IMG/VR virus record: IMGVR_UViG_3300018080_000117
Location: 32,001 to 96,000 of that record
Reading direction: 5' to 3' (one strand)
Length of the DNA: 64,000 nucleotides
Source of the DNA: a virus
Shown here: one piece after another, positions 54,706 to 64,000 of the stretch
Layout: each line of letters begins with the position of its first letter
Numbering within the stretch: the stretch's first letter is position 1
The notes under the pieces: model-generated
Seen by the model: only the letters and a program-made list of their open reading frames with translations
Databases searched by the model: none
Told to the model about the DNA's origin: nothing
Program-made: the position numbers and the translations under genes

Positions 54706-55705
54706 AGAAATGCAAACCTTGTTGAAACAAACACCTAGAGAAATGCAAACCTTGTTGATTCAAGATTGCGAGGTTGGAGAAGAGTACCTTACTAAGTATG
54801 GAAAAATTATCAAGCTGCTAGCGTTGAAGCCAAAGCCCAGGGTTCTGGTTCCCGCAATCGACACTGAAGTCGAGGTAGGGTTGGAATACGAAGTGTACGC
54901 GGTACCTTTGACGTCGACCGAAGATCAAATTGAAGCAGAGATCGAAAAATCTAAGCCTCTCGAAAAAGAGCTTCGTAGCAGCAGTAACAACGACAAACCT
55001 AAACCCAAGCGCAAGGTTCTGGTCAAGTCGAAAAAGACAAGCCGCAAAGACATGCAAATCACCAAGGATAACTCTGTTTCAAAAAGCGACGACCTTGAAG
55101 CAGAGGAACTTTTTTACTTTTGTCCTGAGGCATCAGAAGAAGTTGAAGAAGAAATTTTGACCGAGGAAGACCTAGAAGAGGTTTTGGAAGAACCAGAAGA
55201 AGAAGAACCAGAAGAAGAAGAACCAGAAGAAGAAGAACCAGAAGAAGAAGAAGAACCAGAAGAAGAAGAACCAGAAGAAGAAGAACCAGAAGAAGAAGAA
55301 CCAGAAGAAGAAGAACCAGAAGAAGAAGAACCAGAAGAAGAAGAACCAGAAGAAGAACCAAAGAAAAAGACAAGACGGACAAAAAAGCCCGCTGAAAAAA
55401 AGAAGCCTGCGAAGAAGGTTTCCGAAAAGAAAAAGAAGGCTGTGAAAAAGCCCACCGCAAAGAAAAAGAAGACCGCAAAGAAAAAGGAGATGCCTAAAAC
55501 AGCAAAAGACTTTGTTGTGTCTTTGTTGAAAGTCTCGAAGTGGGAACGTGGGCAAATTGCCGAACAACTTATTGAGCACGGTTACACGAAAAAGACAGAT
55601 GTCAAGTCTGTTGCTCAATACGTATCTGTCATGATCAACAACTTGAAAAAGAAAGACGGGTACAAGGTCGAAAGAGTCGCTAAAGGAACCTACCGAATAA
55701 AATAA
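54680..55705 (+). CDS. protein with PEEEE repeats, Lys-rich linker and winged-helix-like C-terminus
   Basis: 341 aa; AAGGAG RBS. Confidence 0.75.
   Translation: MPQKKQTPKEMQTLLKQTPREMQTLLIQDCEVGEEYLTKYGKIIKLLALKPKPRVLVPAIDTEVEVGLEYEVYAVPLTSTEDQIEAEIEKSKPLEKELRSSSNNDKPKPKRKVLVKSKKTSRKDMQITKDNSVSKSDDLEAEELFYFCPEASEEVEEEILTEEDLEEVLEEPEEEEPEEEEPEEEEPEEEEEPEEEEPEEEEPEEEEPEEEEPEEEEPEEEEPEEEPKKKTRRTKKPAEKKKPAKKVSEKKKKAVKKPTAKKKKTAKKKEMPKTAKDFVVSLLKVSKWERGQIAEQLIEHGYTKKTDVKSVAQYVSVMINNLKKKDGYKVERVAKGTYRIK
54692..54757 (+). repeat. 33-bp in-frame tandem duplication
   Basis: Encodes KQTPKEMQTLL / KQTPREMQTLL; two mismatches. Confidence 0.85.
55187..55360 (+). repeat. 15-bp tandem repeat (CCAGAAGAAGAAGAA)n encoding PEEEE
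   Basis: About 11 near-identical units. Confidence 0.95.
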
Positions 55706-58332
55706 TGTACAGTCGAAAACACTGCGACCCAAAATGCCCTAGATACAATGAAGCACTTGCCCACCCGTGCATTCCCGGTAGGGGGCCAAGAGATGCTGAC
55801 GTAGTTTTCGTTGGCAGAGACCCAGGACAGGAAGAAATAAAACAAGGCAAGTGTTTTATTGGACCCTCTGGAAAATTGCTAAAAAACTTACTTAGAGGGT
55901 CTGGTCTAGAAGATCGTGTTTACATTACCAACGCCGTAAAATGCGGACTCGCGGGCGAAGATAAGGAACCCAGCAAACCTCTTTTGCGGCACTGCCGAAA
56001 GTACCTAGTAAAAGAAATCAAGATTGTCAAGCCTCGTTTGATAATCGCGTCTGGCAATGCCGCCCTAGAAACTGTCTTAGGCAAGACAGGGATTATGAAG
56101 TTGCAGAACCAAACGATCTACAGTAGTGAGTTTGATTGCAACGTAATCCCAGTAGTCCACCCTGCTTATGTCTTGCGCAACCCTTCTGCAATAGGGCTTC
56201 TGAGAAGTGGGTTTTCTTCTGCCGTCAATGAATTAAACAAGAAAAAAGAAAAAACTAAATACCTGGTTGCTAAAAACGCAAAGCAGGCAAGTGCCTTTCT
56301 TAGGCAGCTTGCGCAGCAAGACGCTTTTGCTTTCGATGTTGAGACAACGGGAAAGAATTACCTAACCTCAAATATTTTGTGCGTCCAGTTTACGTGGAAG
56401 TTCAAGACGGGTGTCACCATTCCTTGGGAGTTAATTGAGGACAGCGAAACAAACACAAAGCTACTAAAGCATGCGCTAGAAGGCCCTGCGGTAAAGGTTG
56501 CGCAAAACCTAAAGTTCGACATTCAATTCTTGTGGAAGTACGGCTTTGAGGTCAAAGGCCCCCACTTCGACACAATGCTTGCTCACAGCCTTCTCGATGA
56601 CAACGCCTTTGAACACAACCTCAACAGCCTTGTTTTGAAGTACCTGCCGATGGGGGCGTACTGGTCAAAGCTTGACCGATTCAAAGAGGAGTACTGCAAA
56701 GAGCACGGCATCAAAGACACAGAGTTTAGCTACGATCTGATCCCGCCTAAGGTTCTTTACGAGTACGGTGCAGGAGATACAGACGCAACTTATCGTCTTT
56801 TTCGACTGTTTGCGGACCTTCTAAAAGAGGAAAAGCAACATAAGTTTTTTTATCGCTACACGATGCCCTTTACTCCTGTGTTAGCAGAAATGGAGTACAG
56901 AGGGATCAAAGTAAAGCGAGACAAGATCAAAGTCATGATCAACGATTGTGAGAAAGAAATAGAGGATCTGACAGCGTTGATCAAAAAAGATCCTCTAACC
57001 AAACGCTACGAGACATGGAAGACGAAGCACACCTGGAAAACAAAAACGTTGACTGCCTGGAAAAAGAGCTGGACGGAAGGCAAAACAACACAGGCGCGTT
57101 TTCCTGAGTTCAAAGACTACGTAGCCCACAGAAAAAGCACAGGCAAAAAGTTAGTCAAGCACGAGTTCAACGCCAGCTCAAGTACGCAACTAAAAGAATT
57201 GTTCTTTGAGATGTTGAAACTTGAACCCATCAAGATGACAAAGAACAAAAGTAATCCCCAGCCTGCAGCCGATAAGCAGGTTATGGCAATCCTTGCAGAC
57301 GATTACGACATTGAGTTGGCTGGTTTGTTAGCTAAGCGGAACAAAGTTACTAAGTTTGTTAGCGCCTTTTTGAAACCAACTTACGAAAAAAGCGCTATTG
57401 ACGGGCGTATTCACACCACCTACGTACAAAGCGACGTCAAAACGGGAAGGCTCTCTTCTCGCGATCCAAACATGCAAAACCTACCGAAAGATCAAAAAGC
57501 TTTTCGTAGGTGCTTTGTTGCAGACAAAGGTTTTCACATTGTCAAAGCTGACTTAGGTCAAGCAGAGTTTCGTGTTTGGGCGTCAGCGTCGGGCGACAAA
57601 CAAATGATTCGAGACATTGAAAAAGGTCTCGATATCCACAGAAAGACCGCAGCAGCCGTGTTTGGTGCGAAAGAACTAGAAGACGTAACAAAAGAACAGA
57701 GGCAATCAGCCAAAGCCGCTGTGTTTGGAATGATGTACGGCATTGGCCTAAAGAAGCTTTGCAAAGATCAAAAGATTACAGAGAAGCAAGGCAAAGCTTT
57801 GTTAGAGACGTTTGGGAAAAATTACCCGCAAGCAATGGCGTACATCGAAGGCTTGGTCGCCCACGCCCACAAACACCATTATTGCTTATCTTGGATGGGG
57901 CGAAAGCGCAGACTCCCAAATATCAACAGCAAGGACGACGAAGGAAAGAGCGAACGTCAAGCGCGTAACAGCCCTATTCAAGCGGCTGCTAGCGACATGA
58001 ACAACGCATACATGGTAGCAATTCTCAATCACGCACGCAGAGAGGGAATTGAAGTCTACCCTGCTATGACAACACATGACGAGAACGCTTTGCAGGTAAA
58101 GAAAGGCAGTGTGGGCAAAGTCATCGAGATCATGGAGTACGAACTTAATAATCTTTTTAAGGGGAAATTCCATTGTCCGATGGTCTTTGATTACAAGGTC
58201 GGTCGAAGTATTCAGGGTAGGGAAGTAGAGAGTCTTGAGAAAAAAACCTGTTCTCGCTGCGGTAAAAAGTCTTTCAGAGCGGGCAATCGTTGTGTGGAGT
58301 GCTGGTTCGATGAAAGTAAAGAAAAAGACTAG
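55705..58332 (+). CDS. polA: family A DNA polymerase with N-terminal uracil-DNA-glycosylase-like domain and 3'-5' exonuclease (SPO1-type)
   Basis: UDG4 motifs VFVGRDPG, FIGPSG, TNAVKC, HPAY; exonuclease FDVET, QNLKFD; polymerase TGRLSS, DLGQAEFR, RQSAKAAVFGMMYG, HDE. Confidence 0.95.
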   Translation: MYSRKHCDPKCPRYNEALAHPCIPGRGPRDADVVFVGRDPGQEEIKQGKCFIGPSGKLLKNLLRGSGLEDRVYITNAVKCGLAGEDKEPSKPLLRHCRKYLVKEIKIVKPRLIIASGNAALETVLGKTGIMKLQNQTIYSSEFDCNVIPVVHPAYVLRNPSAIGLLRSGFSSAVNELNKKKEKTKYLVAKNAKQASAFLRQLAQQDAFAFDVETTGKNYLTSNILCVQFTWKFKTGVTIPWELIEDSETNTKLLKHALEGPAVKVAQNLKFDIQFLWKYGFEVKGPHFDTMLAHSLLDDNAFEHNLNSLVLKYLPMGAYWSKLDRFKEEYCKEHGIKDTEFSYDLIPPKVLYEYGAGDTDATYRLFRLFADLLKEEKQHKFFYRYTMPFTPVLAEMEYRGIKVKRDKIKVMINDCEKEIEDLTALIKKDPLTKRYETWKTKHTWKTKTLTAWKKSWTEGKTTQARFPEFKDYVAHRKSTGKKLVKHEFNASSSTQLKELFFEMLKLEPIKMTKNKSNPQPAADKQVMAILADDYDIELAGLLAKRNKVTKFVSAFLKPTYEKSAIDGRIHTTYVQSDVKTGRLSSRDPNMQNLPKDQKAFRRCFVADKGFHIVKADLGQAEFRVWASASGDKQMIRDIEKGLDIHRKTAAAVFGAKELEDVTKEQRQSAKAAVFGMMYGIGLKKLCKDQKITEKQGKALLETFGKNYPQAMAYIEGLVAHAHKHHYCLSWMGRKRRLPNINSKDDEGKSERQARNSPIQAAASDMNNAYMVAILNHARREGIEVYPAMTTHDENALQVKKGSVGKVIEIMEYELNNLFKGKFHCPMVFDYKVGRSIQGREVESLEKKTCSRCGKKSFRAGNRCVECWFDESKEKD

Positions 58333-59326
58333 CGGAAAAAATAAGACTAACAAATCGATCGATCAAAGCGAAGACATCCTTGCTGCAGTTGAGAAGAAGT
58401 ACGGCAAAGGTTCCGTAATGCGAGGGTCAGGGCAAGGGTGCACGATCAAGAAAGCGGACGTGATCTCAACGGGGTCCTCCCTGATTGACGAAGCATTAGT
58501 GATTGGGGGTCTTCCAAGCGGAAGAATCGTTGAAATCTACGGTCCCGAGATGTCGGGCAAAACCACCTTAGCTTTGTGCACCAGTGCCCAAGCGCAAAAG
58601 CAAGGATTTCAGTGTGCTTTTATCGATGCCGAGCACGCACTTTCCCCTGACTTAGTTGAAGGTACGGGGGGAAGCTTCAAAGACTTAGTTATTTCCCAGC
58701 CTGATTATGGTGAGCAGGGGCTTGATATCGCCCTAATGCTTTGCGAGTCTGGGCAGTTTCGAATAATTATCGTTGACTCTGTTGCAGCGCTTACGCCTAA
58801 GGCTGAGATAGAAGGCGATATGGAAGACATGCAAGTCGGTTTGCAAGCTCGAATGATGGGCAAAGGCCTTCGCAAAATCGTAAAGATGGCGTCGTCTACG
58901 AACACCATGGTTATTTTTATCAACCAGCTAAGGATGAAAGTTGGGATGGTGTTTGGATCACCGGAAACGACACCTGGAGGCAAAGCGCTAAAGTTTTTCT
59001 CTAGCGTACGTCTTGACGTAAGACGAATAGGCGCGTTGAAGCAAAAGGATGTGGTGATAGGCAACCGTCTAAAAGTTACAGTTACCAAAAACAAACTAGC
59101 GCCTCCCTTTAGAAAAACGGAAACAAGTTTGTACTTTGGTAAAGGATTTGATCCCGCCACCGAACTTTTTGACTTTGCCTTGGACCAAGGGGTAATTGAA
59201 AAGCGCGGATCGATTTACCTATTTGAAGACGAGAAGATCGAAAAAGGCAAGGACAACGTAATCGAAGCGATCCGCGAAGATAATGTTTTGCGAAAAACAA
59301 TCAAACAAGCGTTACGGGCTAACTAA
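58310..59326 (+). CDS. recA: RecA recombinase
   Basis: GRIVEIYGPEMSGKTT, FIDAEHAL, VDSVAAL, GLQARMM, FINQLR, ETTPGGKALKF, KNKLAPPF. Confidence 0.97.
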   Translation: MKVKKKTSGKNKTNKSIDQSEDILAAVEKKYGKGSVMRGSGQGCTIKKADVISTGSSLIDEALVIGGLPSGRIVEIYGPEMSGKTTLALCTSAQAQKQGFQCAFIDAEHALSPDLVEGTGGSFKDLVISQPDYGEQGLDIALMLCESGQFRIIIVDSVAALTPKAEIEGDMEDMQVGLQARMMGKGLRKIVKMASSTNTMVIFINQLRMKVGMVFGSPETTPGGKALKFFSSVRLDVRRIGALKQKDVVIGNRLKVTVTKNKLAPPFRKTETSLYFGKGFDPATELFDFALDQGVIEKRGSIYLFEDEKIEKGKDNVIEAIREDNVLRKTIKQALRAN

Positions 59327-59344
59327 GTCGGGTATAAACCAATC

Positions 59345-59605
59345 ATGGGAGAAATAAAAAAGACATACCGACTTAGTTTTTCAAAGCATCTTTCTGACCG
59401 CACGCTGCTTACCATAACAGCCGGTACAGAAATTGTAGAAGAAGACGCAGACGCAGACGAACTGGCAGAAAAAGTGCGACGGCAAACCCGACAGGACTTA
59501 GCAAAAGCCGCACAAGCAGATCCGATCGTCAAAGAAATACTGCAGCACGTAAAAAAGCAAATCAAACGAGATAAGAAAATCGAACGTGCTTATGAAGCTG
59601 ACTAA
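59345..59605 (+). CDS. hypothetical protein
   Basis: 86 aa, operonic. Confidence 0.6.
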   Translation: MGEIKKTYRLSFSKHLSDRTLLTITAGTEIVEEDADADELAEKVRRQTRQDLAKAAQADPIVKEILQHVKKQIKRDKKIERAYEAD

Positions 59606-60170
59606 AGACAACAGCCATTTTTCCGATTCGGAATTAGGGGATCTTAGTAAATTGACCTTTAAGGACCGGGTCAAAGTTGCTAAGCAGCATTACAAGGTAG
59701 CTAATCGAGCAACGCCTAACTTCGACGATCTTGTACAACAGCTTCATACGTTGTCTGTAGCGCTACCAGAAAAAGACGAAGTAGACCTTGACGAAATCAA
59801 CAAGCGCTTTGCAATTGTGCAGAGGTATTTTACGGAAGCTTCTAGAATCTCAATGGATGCGATCGCGATCCATACCATGTGGCATCGGCTAAAAATGGAT
59901 GTCCTTGAATTGGTAGAGACACGCAAAAGTTCTTTGTTGTTGCTTCCAAGCATTCAGGGTATGAAGAACGTCGCTTCACAAAACGCCGCTGTACGAACAA
60001 AGATTGAAAGGCTTTTGTCTTTCGAACACGTAGTCAAAACTAAAGAAGCTGAGGCAAAGGCGTTTGTTCAAATAGCAGAGGGTAAGAAAAAAGATCTTAG
60101 CAACACAATGACTAACCTTAGCCGCATGTTCAAAGTTTTGAAACTTGAACATGGAGTCACCAACTACTAG
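59586..60170 (+). CDS. helical hypothetical protein (possible recombination mediator)
   Basis: 194 aa coiled-coil downstream of recA. Confidence 0.6.
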   Translation: MLMKLTKDNSHFSDSELGDLSKLTFKDRVKVAKQHYKVANRATPNFDDLVQQLHTLSVALPEKDEVDLDEINKRFAIVQRYFTEASRISMDAIAIHTMWHRLKMDVLELVETRKSSLLLLPSIQGMKNVASQNAAVRTKIERLLSFEHVVKTKEAEAKAFVQIAEGKKKDLSNTMTNLSRMFKVLKLEHGVTNY

Positions 60171-60912
60171 GAGGCTTTACGTGAGAATCAAAAAAGACAA
60201 CTCCAGCAATCCTTACATGGTAGACGAAGACGTTTACAAAGGTGTTGTTAGCAACATCGAAAAAAAGAAAGGCAACCGGGGGTACTTTCTTGCTTGGGAT
60301 TTCAAACTGAAAAACGCACGCCGCGATGGAAAGAAGGTTCCGAAGGAAGAGGAAGTAACGGTGTCTGGGCTAACGCCAGTGCACCTGAGCGATGGAAGTA
60401 AGCTTGACAAATTCCTCAAAGCTTGCGGGGTCGACACAGACGACGGAGAAGTTGCAGACCTTGATGATGCCTTGGGCGAAGAAGTACGGGTCGTCATCGA
60501 ACACCAAAAGGGCAAAGATAACACCGTCTACTCTCGTGTAACCAAATTGTTGCCGATCGACAGCGATGATGAGGATGACGAAGAAGAGGAAAAACCCAAG
60601 AAGAAAAAGAAGGTGAAAAAGTCTTCCACGAAAGGCAAGGGAAAGAAGAAGGAGCCTAAACCCGAAGACGAAGACGACGATGAAGATGACGAAGAGGAAG
60701 AAGTAGAGGACGAAGACGAAGAAGAGGAAGAAGAAAAGCCCAAAAAGAAAAGGGGTCGTCCCAAGGGCAGCAAAACGAAGAAGGCCACAAAAACTTCAAA
60801 AAAGACGCCCAAAAAGAAAAAGAAGGAAGAGCCCGAAGAAGACGAAGAGGAAGATGACGAAGACCTAGAAGACCTTTTCGACTTCGATGACGATGATGAT
60901 GATGAGGATTAA
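60145..60912 (+). CDS. putative ssDNA-binding protein with acidic/basic tail
   Basis: Beta-rich N-terminal domain; ends LFDFDDDDDDED; recombination context. Confidence 0.55.
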   Translation: MNMESPTTRRLYVRIKKDNSSNPYMVDEDVYKGVVSNIEKKKGNRGYFLAWDFKLKNARRDGKKVPKEEEVTVSGLTPVHLSDGSKLDKFLKACGVDTDDGEVADLDDALGEEVRVVIEHQKGKDNTVYSRVTKLLPIDSDDEDDEEEEKPKKKKKVKKSSTKGKGKKKEPKPEDEDDDEDDEEEEVEDEDEEEEEEKPKKKRGRPKGSKTKKATKTSKKTPKKKKKEEPEEDEEEDDEDLEDLFDFDDDDDDED

Positions 60913-60914
60913 TT

Positions 60915-61235
60915 ATGTCTCGTAAAGCAAAACAACCGGCCACGAAGACAAAGCAAAACACCTCTGCAAACGAGGTTCAAAAAAATGTCGGAGACGTTCA
61001 GTTTTGGGGTGAGCCCGACACATTTGAACTTATTTGCAAGGCGTGGAGCGAAAAAGAAGGTTGGATGAAATCGACCAAGGCGATGGAGGTTGTAGGCCTC
61101 GGGTGCGTCGTGCAGGTTACTACGCAACAAGGAGATCAGATTGCAGAAGCCCTGACTTTTGTTCCTGGTGCTACAATCTGCCGTCTGAAAAATGAGTCTG
61201 ACGAAGTCATCGAACGTACGCTAGTCGCTCTGTAA
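60915..61235 (+). CDS. conserved-looking hypothetical phage protein
   Basis: EGWMKSTKAME...GCVVQVTTQQ...AEALTFVPG. Confidence 0.7.
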   Translation: MSRKAKQPATKTKQNTSANEVQKNVGDVQFWGEPDTFELICKAWSEKEGWMKSTKAMEVVGLGCVVQVTTQQGDQIAEALTFVPGATICRLKNESDEVIERTLVAL

Positions 61236-61240
61236 TTCCA

Positions 61241-62263
61241 ATGTCCCGCCTGATCCACAGCGCCGATTGGCATCTTGGCGCACCTAATCAACCAGACTGT
61301 TTTGGACATGCGTCTGCTAAGTTATTGGTAGACGCATGTCTTGAAAAGTCTGTATTTACACTCCTTATCGCGGGTGACGTGTTTGATAAGCACAACCCGT
61401 CTCAGCAAGACAAAGACAAACTCTTGCAACTAATCTTAGACAACCCAAAGATTAATTTTGTTTTTACAGTGGGCAACCACGATTACTTAGATAAGGCTCG
61501 AAGCTACCACACCTTAGTTTACTTGGATTTGCTAAGTAAGCACTTCAGCAATCTCTACGTTTTAGACGAGGGGTTGCACGAGGTTTGTGGTGTGACATTT
61601 TTGGTTCTGTCCGATGACCTGTTTACATGGGGCACAATAAAAGCTCCTGGTGCGGTTGCTGTCTGGCACGGCACCGTACCAGGGGTTATCCTTGGAGACC
61701 CTGTAGAAGGCAAGCAAGCCGTTCAGAAGCTGCTTTCTAGAAGCGAAGTCTCTTATGTGGCTCTCGGCGACATTCATAAGCAGCGGTCGGTGTTTCATGA
61801 CAGGTGCTGGTATTGTGGGTCGTTGTACCCGAAGACCTATTCCTGCGAAGATGGGTTTATTTATTTCGACGGCGAAAAACCGATTTCATGCAAGCTAGAC
61901 CAGCCCAAAAGAATTACCCAACAGGTTGATTTTGCAAAAGAAGAAATTGGTGAACTAACCAAAGAACTAAAGAAAATTCCCCAGGGCAACTTACTAAGGT
62001 TGAAAACCAACCTTCCACAGGCCACGTTGGCTGAATGCCGAAACGAGCTTGTAGGACTTCTCGAAGATCATTTTTTGGAAGTCAAAATCGACAACACCCC
62101 TGCAATAGATACCCAACGGCGTGAAGAGGCCTCCAAGGCAAACAAAGACATTGATGTGGTTAAGGCCCTTGCAAAAAAGTATGCTGAAGATGCCAACCCC
62201 AAAACTGTCCACAAACTTTGTATGCGGTATCTAACGGAGGCATCTGTTGAGACCATTGATTAG
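61241..62263 (+). CDS. SbcD/Mre11-like metallophosphoesterase nuclease
   Basis: HSADWHLG, AGDVFD, GNHD, ALGDIH, YCGS. Confidence 0.9.
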   Translation: MSRLIHSADWHLGAPNQPDCFGHASAKLLVDACLEKSVFTLLIAGDVFDKHNPSQQDKDKLLQLILDNPKINFVFTVGNHDYLDKARSYHTLVYLDLLSKHFSNLYVLDEGLHEVCGVTFLVLSDDLFTWGTIKAPGAVAVWHGTVPGVILGDPVEGKQAVQKLLSRSEVSYVALGDIHKQRSVFHDRCWYCGSLYPKTYSCEDGFIYFDGEKPISCKLDQPKRITQQVDFAKEEIGELTKELKKIPQGNLLRLKTNLPQATLAECRNELVGLLEDHFLEVKIDNTPAIDTQRREEASKANKDIDVVKALAKKYAEDANPKTVHKLCMRYLTEASVETID

Positions 62264-63255
62264 TTACTATGGTGGTAAGCAGAGAGTTGCTCAACGCATT
62301 GTTGACGTGATCTGTACCATTCCCCATTCCGTTTATTGTGAACCTTTTTTTGGTGGTGGTGCTGTATTGTTCAAAAAAGGATTCCCCGCAGTCAGTAACA
62401 CTAGTCACTACCGAGAAGTCATAAACGATCATTCTGAACAACTAATGACCATGTACCAATATGCAAGATCTCATCCTGAAGAGTTCGAAAGATTGATTAG
62501 AGCAACGCCTTACTCTAGAAGTGATCATGAATTGTCTAAACGCATCCTGAAAAGCAAAAAAGCTTCCAAAAAAGCAATTGCTTGGGCATACTATTACAAA
62601 ATCCAAACAAGTTTTGGTAATATCTTACACGGCGGGTGGGGAACAAGTGTTCTTGGCAGAAATTTTGCAGCAACCTTTATAACAAAATCAGAAAACCTGA
62701 AACAATGCTTACAACGTCTTTCTGCAGTTTGCATCGACTGCCAAGACTATCAAAAAGTGACTGATCGTTGGGATAGTCCTCAAACATTGTTTTACCTTGA
62801 TCCACCTTACCCAGGAACAGACCAAGGTGATTATTCTGGCTATACGGAAGAAGATCATGCAAGGCTGTGTGATCTACTGGATAACTGTCAAGGTAGTTAC
62901 ATTCTAAGCAACTACTTTCAAAAACATGAGCCTAAGTCGGCTCAAATCAAGAAGTCGTTTGATACATATTGTTACGCAAGTGCAAAGGGTAAAACAGGGA
63001 AGGGCAGAGACAAGACCAGAACATCAACAAAAAAAACTAGGGAATAGAAAGCGACAAGAAATTCTTTGGATTTGCGATCGAAGTAAGAAGGCTAGAAAAA
63101 GCTTACATCCGGTTATGCAAAAGAACCTAGAACTTCTTAGATCCAGAACCCTCAAGTATGAACTTCCTGATCCGGTAGAAATCATTTGTGAAGCATTTGC
63201 AAAAACTAACGCAAAGGTAAGAAAACCTTATCGAACGTTTGGACGTTGTGACTAG
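62247..63255 (+). CDS. Dam/D12-class adenine methyltransferase with frameshifted C-terminus
   Basis: YYGGKQ, YCEPFFGGGA, FYLDPPY. Frame 0 stops at 63047; RQEILWICD continues in the +1 frame after an A8 run. Confidence 0.85.
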
Positions 63256-63263
63256 GGAGCATA

Positions 63264-64000
63264 ATGCCGACCCTGCTTCGACTACTAAGCCTCGAACTTG
63301 ACAATTGGTTGAGTTACCAAAAAGAAAAAATAGATCTTACAAGAAGGGGATTTGTTAGTCTTCAAGGCTCCACGGGTGCAGGGAAAAGCTCGATGTTCGA
63401 AGCTGTAAATTACTTATTGACGGGTAAGCTAACCCGCAAACCAAAACATCTTTCGCAGTTAGCCAACAACCAAAACAGAGCGATCCGAGGCTACCGAATA
63501 AAATTGGTGCTAGAGTTTAAGGGGGAACACTATTCAATCCAAGAAGTCAGAGATCGCGTCAACGCTGGGTTTTCGTTCGGACGGCACGAGTACCTAGAAA
63601 ACGGTAGCAAGGTTATTCACGACCTTAGAGGCAAGTCTGCCGCAGAGACCCGCAAGAACATTTTTAGAACTTTTCAAATAAGCCCTAACGACGTCGCAAC
63701 ATGCCTTTGGATGCAAGGATCTAGTCGGTCCTTAATAGTAGGAACCAGCGACACCCGTGCAAAAGAACTAATTCGGTTGCTCGATTTGGAACGTTACTTG
63801 ATTGCGTTGGCTAAAGCTACCCAAGAAAAAAAAGAGGTCAGCAGGAAAGTAGAAAAATTTAGCCAGCGCAGTCAAGAGATCAAGGCCACTCTCAAAGATC
63901 TCCCAAAAAATATCAAGGAGCAAGATCTAGAAGAGATCAAGCAGGCGCTAGCAAGAACAGAACTTAGGAGTCGAGCGGTAAAAAAGGGGATACGTGTTAT
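63264..64000 (+). CDS. SbcC/Rad50-like ATPase, partial
   Basis: Own translation: MPTLLRLLSLELDNWLSYQ...LQGSTGAGKSSMFEAV, then coiled coil; runs off the window. Confidence 0.88.
   Translation, partial: MPTLLRLLSLELDNWLSYQKEKIDLTRRGFVSLQGSTGAGKSSMFEAVNYLLTGKLTRKPKHLSQLANNQNRAIRGYRIKLVLEFKGEHYSIQEVRDRVNAGFSFGRHEYLENGSKVIHDLRGKSAAETRKNIFRTFQISPNDVATCLWMQGSSRSLIVGTSDTRAKELIRLLDLERYLIALAKATQEKKEVSRKVEKFSQRSQEIKATLKDLPKNIKEQDLEEIKQALARTELRSRAVKKGIRV

Noticed and set aside
55187-55360. CRISPR-like array
   Set aside because: Contiguous 15-bp coding repeat with no unique spacers.
55059-55732. poly-Leu, poly-Ser and poly-Phe minus-strand ORFs
   Set aside because: Reverse-complement artefacts of the GAA-rich repeat.
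55705-59326. Inteins or introns in the polymerase or RecA
   Set aside because: Motif spacing and lengths are normal, with no intein termini or homing endonuclease ORF.
1-64000. Stop-codon reassignment
   Set aside because: Long conserved genes are intact in the standard code and end in TAA, TAG and TGA; the breaks seen are frameshifts or deletions.

Overview
A 64 kb piece of a large tailed dsDNA phage genome (or prophage), about 85 plausible CDS. The left ~40 kb is mostly on the minus strand. It carries small accessory genes, a decayed AAA-ATPase/HNH pair, an IS200/IS605 element (tnpA+tnpB) that splits a phage gene, and a head/packaging block (Cas4-like nuclease, portal, large modular acidic/basic proteins, terminase large subunit). 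Next to the terminase is a ~20 kb glycan-modification cluster: three GT2, three GT4-like, two GT10 fucosyltransferase-like, three sulfotransferases, three SAM methyltransferases and RmlD. A 1.4 kb non-coding region with dense hairpins follows. The right arm is on the plus strand and encodes a sigma-70 factor, a primase split into two genes, a solo TnpB, a G8/beta-helix virion-type protein, a nucleotide-sugar dehydrogenase, SF2 helicase, DnaC-like loader, DnaB, UDG-PolA fusion, RecA and SbcD/SbcC. Five DNA methyltransferase loci are scattered across the window. The best candidate for an undescribed system is the phage-encoded pathway for a sulfated, deoxyhexose-bearing, O-methylated glycan whose target (virion, DNA or host surface) is unknown. 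All product calls come from motifs read by eye; no database search was run.
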